From Squalus acanthias (taxonomy: Eukaryota): 64,000 bases of DNA. The stretch is taken from the NCBI GenBank assembly GCA_030390025.1, contig CM059432.1, positions 2,914,001 through 2,978,000 of the forward strand. The letters run 5' to 3'. Numbering within the stretch: the stretch's first letter is position 1; each line of letters begins with the position of its first letter. Positions 22,452-33,614 of this stretch are shown in pieces. The notes under the pieces were generated by a model. The model saw nothing but the letters and a program-made list of their open reading frames with translations. It did no database searches and had not been told where the DNA came from. The translations under genes and the position numbers were made by a program.

Positions 22452-24807
22452 CTTCAAGTGAGAACCAGGCCAAATACAGTAAGTTGAGAGGGGAAGTGAA
22501 GAGGAAAATAAGACTGGCAAAGGGAGAATATGAGAATAGAATGGCAGTTAACATAAAAGGGAACCCAAAAACCTTCTACCGGCATGTAAAAATGTTTTTA
22601 TTCATTCACGGGATGTGGGCGTCGCTGGCAAGGCCAGCATTTATTGCCCATCCCTAATTGCCCTTGAGAAGGTGGTGGTGAGCCGCCTTCTTGAATACAG
22701 TGGCTTGCTGGGCCATTTCAGAGGGGCAGTTAAGAGTCAACCCCATTGCTGTGGGTCTGGAGTCACATATAGGCCAGATCAGGTAAGGACGGCAGATTTC
22801 CTTCCCTAAAGGACATTAGTGAACCAGATGGGTTTTTACAACAATCCGGTCGTTTCATGGTCACCATTACTGATACTAGCTTTTTTTTATTCCAGATTTA
22901 TTTAATTAACTGAATTTAAATTTCCCCAGCTGCCATGGTGGGATTTGAACTCACATTTCATGGGTTATTAGTCCAGGCCTACTGGCATTGCTAGTCTAGT
23001 AACATAACCACTATACTACCATACGCAGGTAGTAAGAGGCAGGGTAGCGCCTATTGGGGACAAAGAAGGTGATATATGCTTAGAGGTGCAGGGCAAGGCT
23101 AGAATACTTAATGAGTACTTTGTATCGGTGTTTACTAAGGAAGAGGATGCTGACAAAATATCGGTAGAAGTGGAGATGGTAGAGGTAATGGATGGGGCGA
23201 AAATTGATCGGCAGGATATACTGGAAAGGCTGGATATGCTTAGAGTGGATAAGTCACCTGGACCGGATGGCTTGCATCCCAGGTTGCTAAGGGAAGTGGA
23301 GTTGGAGATAGCGGAAGGGCTTGCCATAATCTTCCCTAGATGCGGGGGAGGTGCCAGAGGATTGGAAAGTGGCAAATGTGACACCCTTGTTCAAGAAGGG
23401 GTGTAAGGACAATCCTAGTAACTACAGGCTGGTCAGTTTAACATCAGTGGTGGGTAAGGTTTTAGAAACAATAATCAGGGAAAAAATTAACAGGCACTTG
23501 GAGAGGTTTAAGTTAATTAAGGAGAGCCAGCAAGGATTTGTAAAAGGCAGATTGTGTTTGACTAATCTAATTGAATTTTTGATGAAGTAACAGAGAAGGT
23601 TGATGAAGGGAATGCAATGGATGTTGTCTATATAGATTTTGGGAAAGCGTTTTTCAAAGTATCACATAAAAGGCTGGCTAACAAAATTGCGGCTCATGGA
23701 ATAGGAGGGTCAGTGTCAGCTTGGATAAGAAATTGGCTTAAGGACAGAAAACAGCGAGTCGTGGAAAATGGTTGTTTTTCAGACTGGAGGATGGTAGACA
23801 GTGGTGTTCCCCAAGGGTCAGTGCTAGGGCCACTGCTTTTTTTGATATATAAATGACCTGGATATTGGAATACAGAGTAGAATTTCTAAATTTGCCAATG
23901 ATACCAAACTTGGAGGTGTGGCAAACAGTGAGGAGGATACCAATCGACTGCAACAGGACATAGATAGGCTAGCAGAATGGGCAGACAAGTGGCAGATGAA
24001 ATTTAATACAGAGACGTGTGAGGTGATGCATTTTGGCAGAAGGGATAGGGAGAGGCAATATACACTTAATGGCACAGTTCTAAAGAGTGTGCAGGGACAG
24101 AAAGACCTGGGGGTTAATGTGCATAGATCTTTGAAGGTAGCAGGACATATTGAGAGAGTAGTTAGCAAAGCATATGGGATCTTGGGCTTCATAAATAGAG
24201 GTATTGAGTACAAAAGCAGGGAAGTTATGCTGAATCTTTATAAAGCTCTGGTTAGGCCACAACTGGAGTATTGCGTCCAGTTCTGGTCACCACACTTTAG
24301 GAAGGATGTGAAGGCCCTTGAGAGGGTGCAGAAGAGATTTACCAGAATGGTTCCGGGGATGGGGGATCTTAGCTACAAGGACAGGTTGGAGAAGCTGGAT
24401 TTGTTTTCATTAGAGCAAAGGAGGTTGCGGGGTGATTTGATAGAGGTGTACAAGATTATGACGGGTTTGGGTAAGGTAGACAGAGAAAGGCTGTTCCCAC
24501 TAGTTGATGGTACAAGGACTAGGGGACACAGATTTAAGGTTTTGGGCAAGAGATACAGGAAAGATGTGAGGAAAAACATTTTTACGCAGTGAGTGATGAT
24601 GACCTGGAACTCGCTGCCGACGGAAGTGGTGGAAGCGGAGACACTCAATGTTTTCAAGGGGAGACTGGATAGGCACTTGAGGGAAATAAACTTGCAGGGC
24701 TACGGGGATAGAGCGGGGGAATGGGACTGACTGGATTGCTCGACACAGATCCGGCACGGACTCGATGGGCCGAATGGCCTCCTTCTGTGCCGTTATGACT
24801 CTATGAC
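22452..24807 (+). mobile_element. CR1 LINE, 5'-truncated (ORF2 relic)
   Basis: KSPGPDGLHPR, NYRLVSLTS, GVPQGSVLGP, LYKALVRPQLEYCVQFWSP, RRLRGDLIEVYK; frameshifted; tail present. Confidence 0.95.
22594..23020 (-). mobile_element. tRNA-derived SINE with Zenon-like LINE tail, full length
   Basis: Minus strand: A box TAGTATAGTGG, B box GAGTTCAAATCC, unique body, tail AAGAAGGCGGCTCACCACCACCTTCTCAAGGGCAATTAGGGATGGGCAATAAATGCTGGC...poly(A); inserted in a CR1. Confidence 0.85.
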
Positions 24808-24893
24808 GTTGTGAAATGCCGCGCTCCAGGAAATTCTGGGCCAATATTACTTGTCTCAATTTCCGTATTTTGTTGAAAGTTCTAGTACAAGTT

Positions 24894-25132
24894 CAACAAC
24901 AACCATAACAAATTGCACATATACAGCGCCTTTAACGTAGTAAAACGTCCCCAGGCCCTTCACAGGAGCGATTATCAAACAAAATTTGACACCGAGCCAC
25001 ACAAGGAGAAATTTGGGGCAGGTGACCTAAAGCTTGGTCGAAGAGGTAAGTTTTAAGGAGCGTCTTAAAGGAGAAAAGAGTTAGAGAGGCGGAGTGGGTT
25101 AGGGAGGGAATTCCAGAGTTAGGGCCTCGGCA
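24894..25132 (-). mobile_element. L2 3' tail
   Basis: Matches the other L2 tails. Confidence 0.85.
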
Positions 25133-25505
25133 AAGAACTCAGTTTATGAGCAAAGGTTTGGGCTCACAACCTCCCAAGGTGTCTTCAACCTTATGTAAGG
25201 TTTGCCAACTGTGCCTGGATGTACCCCTGGAGGTTTCATGACAGGACCTTTTGCTTACAACCACTCCACCTCATCAAACAGCCTTTTCTCCACCCATTCC
25301 CCACCCCCCCCGCCCCATCTCCAATATTTTTCTAACTAATAAACAAAAATGTTCCAGGAACATGAACAAACACTTTTTTTAAATGCCCCTATGATTTTTT
25401 TTCTCTGGGTTGCTCACTGCAGTGACCAGGCAATTAATCTTTATATTATATCGCCTTTTTATAATAAGGATATAGAGGCACTGGAGAGGATGCAGAGAAG
25501 CTTTT

Positions 25506-25979
25506 AAAAAAAGAAAGACTTGCATTTCTATAGCGCCTTTCACGACCTCAGGACATCTCAAAGCACTTTATAGTCATTGAAGTACTTTTGAAGTGTAGTT
25601 ACTGTTGTAATGTGGGAAACGTGGCAGCCAATTTGCGCACAGCAAGCTCCCACAAACAGCAATGTGATAATGACCCAGATCATCTGTTTTAGTGATGTTG
25701 ATTGAGGGATAAATATTGGCCAGGACACCGGGGAGAACTCCCCCTGCTCTTCTTCGAAATAGTGGCCATGGGATCTTTTATGTCCACCTGAGAGAGCAGA
25801 CGGGGCCTCGGTTTAACGTCTCATCCAAAAGACGGCACCTCCGACAGTGCAGCACTCCCTCAGCACTGCACTGGGAGCGTCAGCCTTGATTTATGTGCTC
25901 AAGTCTCTGGAGTGGGGACTTGAACCCACAACCTTCTGACTCAGGCGAGTGTGCTACCCACTGAGCCACAGCTGACACT
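25506..25979 (-). mobile_element. Deu-SINE, full length, splitting a CR1 fragment
   Basis: CR1 sequence stops at ~25500 (GCAGAGAAG) and resumes at ~25988 (ATTTACAAGGATGATACC) through ~26207. Confidence 0.9.
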
Positions 25980-26206
25980 GATGCTCATTTACAAGGATGA
26001 TACCAGAAATGTGAGGGTATACCTATCAGGAAAGGATGAACAGGCTGGGTCTCTTTTCTCTTGAAAATAGAAGGCTGAGGGGTGACCTAATAGAGGTCTT
26101 TAAAATTATGAAAGGTTTTGATAGAGTGAATACAGAGAGAGTGTTTCCACTTGTGGGGAAGAGCAAAACTAGAGGCCATCAATATAAGATAGTCACCAAG
26201 AAATCC

Positions 26207-26545
26207 AGGCACAGCCGCCAATGGTTGAGCGATTATATTCAGGGATGCTCAAGAGGCCAGAATTAGAGCAGCGCAGATATCTCGGGGGTGGGGGGGGGGG
26301 GGGGGGCTGGAGGAGATTACAGAGATAGGGAGGGGCCGAGGCCATGGATTTGAAAACATGGATGAGAATTTTGAAATCAAGGTTTTGCTTAACCGGGAGC
26401 CAATATAGGTCAGCGAGCACAGGGGTGATGGGTGAACGGGACTTGGTGTGAGTTAGGACACGGGCAGCCGAGTTTTGGATGACCTCAAGTTTATGTAGGG
26501 TGGAATGTGGGAGGCCAGCCAGGCGTCTGCATTGGAATAGTCAAG
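26207..26545 (-). mobile_element. L2 internal 3' fragment
   Basis: LADLYWLPVKQNLDFKILIHVFKS. Confidence 0.87.
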
Positions 26546-26839
26546 TGCGCACGCAAATGGACACGAGAAAAGCTCAGGTTACATAGGCCTGGTTAAATGT
26601 AGTAATTAATGGGATACATACAGGACAATTGGCAACCCTAACCTGATGTCATTCTGATGAGATTAGCAACAGGAAGGAAGATATTACAATGATGAATCAC
26701 CAAATGGGACATTAGAGCCAAGTCCCGGGACACGAAGCTCGGCAGCTCATCCAATAGTAAGCTTCATATTTATAGACTGGGAGGCCAGATTTCTGAGGCT
26801 TTCTTACTTACCCTATAGCTTCAAAATAGTTTGAATATA

Positions 26840-27243
26840 AGAGACTTGAGCACAAAATCTAGGCTGACACTCCAGTGCAGTACTGAGGGAGTGCTGCATT
26901 GTCGGAGGTGCTGTCTTTCAGATGAGATGTTAAACCGAGGACGTCCATCTGCTCTCTCAGGTGGGTGTAAAAGATCCCACGGCACTACTTTGAAGAAGAG
27001 CAGGGGGAGTTCTCCCCCGGTGTCCTGGGGCCAATATTTATTCCTCAACCAACATCACTAAAACAGATGATCTGGTTATTATCACATTGCTGTTTGTGGG
27101 AGCTTGCTGTGTGCAAATTGGCTGCCGTGTTTCCTACATTACAACAGTGACTACACTTCAAAAGTACTTCATTGGTTGTAAAGCGTTTTGGAACGTCCTG
27201 AGGTTGTGAAAGGCGCTGTACAAATGCTCGTCTTTCTTTTTTA
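26840..27243 (+). mobile_element. Deu-SINE, head-truncated
   Basis: Core and tail. Confidence 0.88.
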
Positions 27244-28175
27244 TTTTAATGCTCTCTAGCCCAGAACCAAGCTCATTGATAAACTGCTTCCAGTTCCAGA
27301 GAGGCTCACTGTTTACGGTACAATATCCAATTACCAAAGCACAGACAGACCTTCAAGGCATGAATCTAGACAGACCGTGGTCGTCTTTAATCTTTGAAAA
27401 AAGACACATGCTGAAGCTTAAAGAAAACATTTTTTTTCTCTTCATTATTATAACTCACTCGCAACCAAAGCACCGTCGAATCCATCTGATGAGGTGAGCT
27501 GAACTGTAGATATTTCCACAGCCTCTGTCAGTGTTGTTCCTTAGCCAGCTTCATTGAACGTGCGGCGTAACAACCTGAAGGTGCAACCCCTGATCATGTT
27601 TCCTTCCCCTTGCTGGTTAGGAAACTCATAATTATTCAGTTTAGCCATCCGAATAACCTCTGTGATCTCTGCGCTCCTCCAACTCTGGCCTCTTGCGCAC
27701 CCTCCCCCATTTCCTTCGCTCCACCATAGCCAGCCGTGTCTTCAGCTGGCTGGGGCCAAAGCTCTGGAATAAGAACATAAGAAATAGGAGCAGGAGTCGG
27801 CCATATGGCCCCTCGAGCCTGCTCCGCCATTCAATGAGATCATGGCTGATCTTCTACCTCAACTCCACTTTTCCCACCTCAATCCCCATATCTCTTGATT
27901 CCCTTAGTGTCCAAAAAAGTCCCTTAGTGTCCAAATATTCGCCTCTCTGGTAATCCCGCTGAAATCGTCTGAGTGGTAGCTGGTGAAAGTCCAAGGCTGA
28001 GGCTGGGATTCAGCCGGGAGTGGCCGCCAATCTCACTCAGCCTATGGTGAACTATACCAGTGTGTTGGAGCACCGGTTCCACACTAAAGCTTTCACAATC
28101 AGGATTATTGTACCTAATTCCCCTTTGCATGTCCTTCTACCATTGATTGACCTTACCGTCCCTCCACACTGGGGT

Positions 28176-28480
28176 AACTAGGGGCCGTCAATATAAGACA
28201 GTCACTATTAAATCCAATCGGGAATTCAGGAGAAACTTCTTTACCCAGAGAGTGGTGAGAATGTGGAACTCGCTACCACAGGGAGTGGTTGAGGTGAATA
28301 GCACAGATGCATTTAAGGGGAGGCTGGATAAACACATGAGGGAGAAAGGAATAGAAGGATCTGCTGATAGGCTGAGATGAAGAGGGGCGGGAGGAGGCTT
28401 GTGTGGAGCATAAACACCGGCACGGACCAGTTGGGCCAAATGGCCTGTTTCTGTGCTGTACATTCCTTGTCATTCTGTGT
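28176..28480 (+). mobile_element. CR1 3' fragment
   Basis: NREFRRNFFTQRVVRMWNSLPQGVVE plus tail. Confidence 0.9.
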
Positions 28481-28571
28481 AAAACATGTAATTTCTCTTG
28501 GTCTATTTCTTTTTTCACCATTGAATGCAGTCATTCAATTTTGATGCTCACAATTCTTGCAAAGTTATATT

Positions 28572-29222
28572 GGGCCAAAAATTCATCCCGCGACGCGAGA
28601 GTACGCACTGTGTACTCTCGCGTATTCTCTCTCCAATTGCCGGTTTTCTGCATGCCCTGCGCATGCGCTGAAAACCGGCACTTGGTCTTTTGAAAAGGGG
28701 GCGGTTCCTCGGTGCATCGCGTGCGCGCTACAGGCTGCGCGCACGCTGTGCACTTCGTGCTTTGGACGCGCAGGTAAGTACGGAAGATTTTAGAAATGGA
28801 AAAAGGAGGAGTAAGACCCACTTTATAACTTTTTAAAAGATTTAAAAAAATTTCAAAAATTTAATTTTTTATTTAAAATGGTTAATTTATTTAACTATAC
28901 TTATTTTATTAATGTGATGGTTTTTAAAAAAAATTTAATTGAGGTTTAGCTGTTATTTTGGGGGGGTGTAAGATTCATAGATTTCACAGCACGTATGTGA
29001 AACTTATGAATGGAAGATGGTGTGCTGCCATTGGCTCTAACTGAGTCACGTGATCCCACAGCTCGCATGAATTCACTACGCCGGTGGGATACGCAAGCAC
29101 TGCCCAGCTGATGTCTGGAACATCAAGTACGTGCGAGCTGGATCTGAAAAAGCACAGGCGGAGTGAGAGATCGCGGGGAAGCCTTACCCCCGCGGGAACA
29201 GAGCGAGATCAATTTCTGGGCC
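28572..29222. mobile_element. PIF/Harbinger-like MITE (651 bp)
   Basis: TIR GGGCCAAAAATTCATCCCGC versus reverse-complemented GGCCCAGAAATTGATCTCGC (16/20); ATT on both flanks; GC-rich structured ends and AT-rich centre. Confidence 0.78.
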
Positions 29223-29401
29223 ATTATTACCTTATGCAAAGTATAATTCGTATAGAATATTTTCCTCATATATCCACAGATATTAGCCTGTGTCCATGTC
29301 CTTGTCATCTACACAAGTGGAAACCATGATCACCTCAGAGGAGAAGTTGTCATCTCATCAGGAAGAAGCTATGATGGTTGAAGAAGCTGATCGTATAATA
29401 A

Positions 29402-29770
29402 CAAGAACAACAACTTGTATTTTTATAGCACCTTTAACGTAGTAAAACGCCCCAAAGGCGCTTCACAGGAGCGATTATCAAACAAGATTTGACGCCGAGC
29501 CACATAAGGAGATATTAGGGCAGGTGACCGAAAGCTTTGTCAAAGAGGTGGGTTTAAGGAGCGTCTTAAAGGAGGAGAGAGAGGCGGAGAGGTTTAGGGA
29601 GGGAGTTTCCCGAGCTCAGGGCCCAGGCAACAGAAGGCACGGCCGCCAATGGTGGAGCGATTGAAAATCGGAGATGCGCAAGAGGCTGGAGAATTGGCGG
29701 TAGCGCAGAGATCTCGGGAGGATTGTAGGGCTGGAGGAGGTTTACAGAGATAGTGAGGGGCGAGGCCATG
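29402..29770 (-). mobile_element. L2 3' fragment
   Basis: RSTIGGRAFCCLGPE plus tail. Confidence 0.9.
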
Positions 29771-30445
29771 AAGTAAACAAAACTCATGTGGGAAATACAC
29801 CCTTGACTGTAATATCAGGTGATGGGAATCCACATTCGGATGGATTCTCCACCGAGCCGTCATGGGTTAGAGACGCACTTCGAGCAGAGTACACCAGGTC
29901 TTCTTCCTTCATCTTCGCTTCTATAATTGGTGCACGTGGGATACAGTATTTAACCCCACGCACCGGACATTAAATAAACTTGCGAAAGCTTTAAAATATG
30001 GTTTCATGATACTGATAGGGACCGGAGTACTCTTCAAAATTCTTTCGCAACAGGGGATCCAGCAGGTCATTTTGATGTAGGAGACCAACAGCCCTTGTTA
30101 CGTGATAGGATGTCATTATTCAGTAGACCAACTTGAGGGAGTGCCATGCATAAGAACATAAGAATTGAAGGATCAAGAAAGGCCATTGGTACCATCAAGC
30201 CTGTTCCTTCCTCATTTATGTAACAGTACCTTTGCGCTTATAAAATACAGTATATAAAATTTGCTATTCCTGGTTCATATATCACACTGCAGTGCAGTAC
30301 CACTTGCGCCCATTGACGCGTTTCTGGTAAGTGTTTGTCCTGCATGGCCCTCTTTATACAAGCAATGACAGACAAGGAAAAGACCCTCTGGTCCATCCAA
30401 CCTGTCCCACACAATTGTGATACCCTGTGCGTCTCAATGTAATTA

Positions 30446-30826
30446 TTTTTTTTATTCATGCACTGGATGTGGACATGGCTAACAAGGCCAGCATTTATTA
30501 TTGCCCTCGAGAAGGTGGCAGTGAGCCACTCTTCTTGAGTAATGGCTCGCTGGGCCATTTCAGAGGGCAGTTAAGAGTCAACCACATTGCTGTGGGTCTG
30601 GAGTCCCATAGAGGCCAGACCGGGTAAGGACAGCAGATTTCCTTCCCTAAAGGGACATTAGTGAACCAGATGGGTTTTTACCACAATCCGGTAGTTTCAA
30701 CAGTCACTGATACTAGGTTTTTTTATTCCAGATTAATTTAATTAACTGAATTTAAATTCCCCCAGCTGCCGTGGATGGGATTTTGAACTTCCGTCTCTGG
30801 ATCATTAGTCCAGTAACATAACCACT
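30446..30826 (-). mobile_element. tRNA-derived SINE with Zenon-like tail
   Basis: Homologous to 22594-23020. Confidence 0.82.
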
Positions 30827-30993
30827 TACCTCTAGAGTATGCACTCTGCACCAATTGCCAGTAATTCAGTGAGATAATTATGCTGGCAAGATTAATGTTG
30901 TGAAATTGTACCATGCAGAATAATACTGTAGAATCATTATTTACTGCTATAATTATTTTGTGATGGAAAATAAAGTTACAAATGTATCACATT

Positions 30994-31765
30994 GGCCTGG
31001 ATATTGCTGTCAGCGGTGAAGGATGGCGCTCGCTGCTGACCTCAAAGAAAGCTGCCCACAAAGATTTAGCGGGCTCTGTGGCGTCGATTTCCCCTATTAC
31101 GACGTCAGTTTCATTCTGGCACCATCGTATAGGGGATCTGTGGTGTCCAGGAACATTGACGTCATCAAGCAGCCTGAGCAGCCAATCAGACTGAAGAATT
31201 CTCACAGACAGCAAACCAGGAAGTAAAATGCACTGATTGTCATTCACTTTTTAATCATTTTACAGAGAGCGAAATAAAGATTGGGACATGCGTATGGGAT
31301 TAAGGGTAGAAGCTGAAATATCACAAACAAAACAAAAAAATAAAATTAAAAATAATTTTTATTTTTAAAAAACTCTATGGAATTTTTATCATGGAGTGGA
31401 GGGAATAACACTCTAGATTTATACAATTCGTTTTTCAGGGCCAGAGAGGACATTCAGCAGTAGTTATGACTTAGTACGCCATTAAAAACTCAGTTACACC
31501 TCATTCAACAAGGCTGAACTTTTTCAAGGGTTTTTACTGCGAGAATAGTGCGTAAAAAGTTGAAGTTCGCGTCGAAATCACTGATTCTGTGCTGATTGCA
31601 TCTGCGAGGACTGCCACAGCGCACCCTGTGGAGGAGCACGGTATCACCGATGGCAGCTTCGGGATTTCTGCGTGTAACTGCGCACGTGTGGACGGCAGAA
31701 GTTGCTGTCAGTTTTACATAGAACGCTGACAGCTTGGCCGTCATCACAACCGCAAATTCCGGGCC
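30994..31765. mobile_element. PIF/Harbinger-like MITE (772 bp)
   Basis: Termini GGCCTGGATATTGC / GCAAATTCCGGGCC with ATT on both flanks; internal blocks align with 61540-62688. Confidence 0.75.
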
Positions 31766-32235
31766 ATTATAAATCGATAGCTAAACAGCAAGGAACCCTT
31801 CCTGTCTTACGATGTTAACCCTGGTTTTTACGCAGGAAAGATTTAATGGGTTTGCCATTTGTATTGAAATTTTAAAGCCGCTTATAAAGACGGGTTTTAA
31901 GTTTCCCCTGCACATTGAACAGCGAGGAAATCTACTCCCGCAACGTAAACCGGGAGGCAGCTGATTGGACGCCTGTTCTACGCCCCTCCTGATTTCCTTT
32001 TCATTGAACTCGATCAATGGGGCCGATTGACTTCAGTGGAAAGGGAAATTGGGAGGGGTGTATAATGGGCGGGCTGTCCGCTATCGTCCTTCTGCCACTG
32101 CCAAAAATCTACCCCCCACTTGGAGTTTTGGGACCACTCCTGGCAGATGGACCATGCCATTCTCGCCAAAAACTGGTTCAAGTTCAGTGAATACATAGTG
32201 CCTAATAATTCAGCAAGCTGGCACAGTTTGCATCT

Positions 32236-32990
32236 AACTTGAGGAACAGCATCTCATCTTTCAATTGGGCACTTTACAGCCTTCCAGACTCAACGTTGAG
32301 TTCAACAATTTCAGATCAGAACCTCTGCCCCCATTTTTTCGGATGGCATGTGGGTGTCGCTGGCAAGGCCAGCATTTATTGCCCATCCCTAGTTGCCCTT
32401 GAGAAGGTGGTGGTGAGCTGCCTTCTTGAACCGCTGCAGTCCGTGTGGTGAAGGTACTCCCACAGTGCTGTTAGGGAGGGAGTTCCAGGATTTTGACCCA
32501 GCGACGATGAAGGAACGGCCGATATATTTCCAAGTCAGGATGGTGTGCGACTTGGAGGTGAACTTGGAGGTGTTCATGCGCCTGCTGCCCTTGACCTTCT
32601 AGGCGGAAGAGGTCGCGGGTTTGGGATGCTGATGATTCTGCTATTCCCACTGACACCTCCTCTAGACCCATCTTTTGTTTCTTAACTTGTCCCATTACCA
32701 TCTCCTTTTGCCTCGCACCATCATCCCTTTTGTCATTTAATCTCTCCTGCCTTCCACCCTATCACAGACCTTCCCTTTTGTTCTTTCCTCCCCTCCCCCC
32801 TTTCCCAGCCTCTGTATTTGCTTAAAACCTGTTACATCTCTAACTTTTCCCCGTTCGGACGAAAGGTCATCGACCTGAAACGTTAACTCTGTTTCTCTCT
32901 CCACAGATGCTGCCTGACTGCTGAGTTTTTTCCAGCATTTTCTGTTTTTATTTCAGATTTCCAGCATCCACAGTATTTTGCTTTTGTATT
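32236..32990 (+). mobile_element. Penelope-like element 3' relic, interrupted by a Zenon-like tail (32333-32630, minus)
   Basis: LEEQHLIFQLGTLQPSRLNVEFNNFRS (same C-terminus as the GIY-YIG ORF at 51 kb), pyrimidine-rich 3' region and a hammerhead-like motif. Confidence 0.82.
32853..32887 (+). ncRNA. Degenerate minimal hammerhead ribozyme motif in the Penelope-like relic
   Basis: GTT-CGGACGA-A-AGGTC-ATC-GACCT-GAAAC-GTT-AAC: core CUGANGA with one substitution, perfect stem II, GAAAC, palindromic AACGTT. Confidence 0.65.
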
Positions 32991-33223
32991 AGTTTGTATC
33001 TGTATGTAAGCTTGGGTTGAAGAATACTGTGGCAAAAAAATTACCGCCAATTTGATATCTGCCGAAACTAATTTTCCGCTGGTGGAAACCGATGGAAATT
33101 TCACCAAATGGTTTAAAAATTAAAAATGCCAGTTGGTGAATATATCAATTTAGACACAATTTGTAGTGACTTTGGAGACACTTGCATCAAAAATGTTGAA
33201 AGGTATGGTCATGACGAAGATGA

Positions 33224-33606
33224 CCATCCTCGTGTTCAAATCCCTTCATGGCCTCGCCCCTCCCTATCTCTGTAATCTCCTCCAGCCCTGCAACCCTCCG
33301 AGATCTCTGCGCTCAGCTAATTCTGGCCTCTTGCGCATCCCCGATTTCCACCGCTCCACCATTGGCGGCCGTGCCTTCAGCTGCCTGGGCCCCGAGCTCT
33401 GGAATTCCCTCCCTAAACCTCTCCACCTCTCTCTCCTCCTTTAATACGTTCCTTAAACCTACCTCTTTGACTAAGCGTTTGGTCACCTGTCCTAGTATCT
33501 CCTTCTTTGGCTCGGTGTCAATTTCTGGCTGGTATCGCTCCTGTGAAGGGCCTTGGGATGTTTTACTATGTTAAAGAAGTTATATAAATGCAAGTTGTTG
33601 TTGTTG
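33224..33606 (+). mobile_element. L2 3' fragment
   Basis: ILVFKSLHGLAPPYLCNLL...GGRAFSCLGPELWNSLP. Confidence 0.92.
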
Positions 33607-33614
33607 TGGTCATC

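Larger units (their letters stand above)
21042..24842. mobile_element. PIF/Harbinger-like MITE expanded by nested insertions
   Basis: TIR GGCCCAGAATTTGCTGG versus reverse-complemented right end GGCCCAGAATTTCCTGG (16/17); AAT on both flanks; internal sequence is the reverse complement of 48309-49590 and 61540-62688. Confidence 0.75.
25196..26640. mobile_element. hAT (Tip100-like) MITE, family B, with nested CR1, Deu-SINE and L2
   Basis: Termini TAAGGTTTGCCAA / TTGGCAACCCTA; 8-bp TSD ACCTTATG / ACCTGATG; inverted relative at 42790-45118. Confidence 0.75.
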
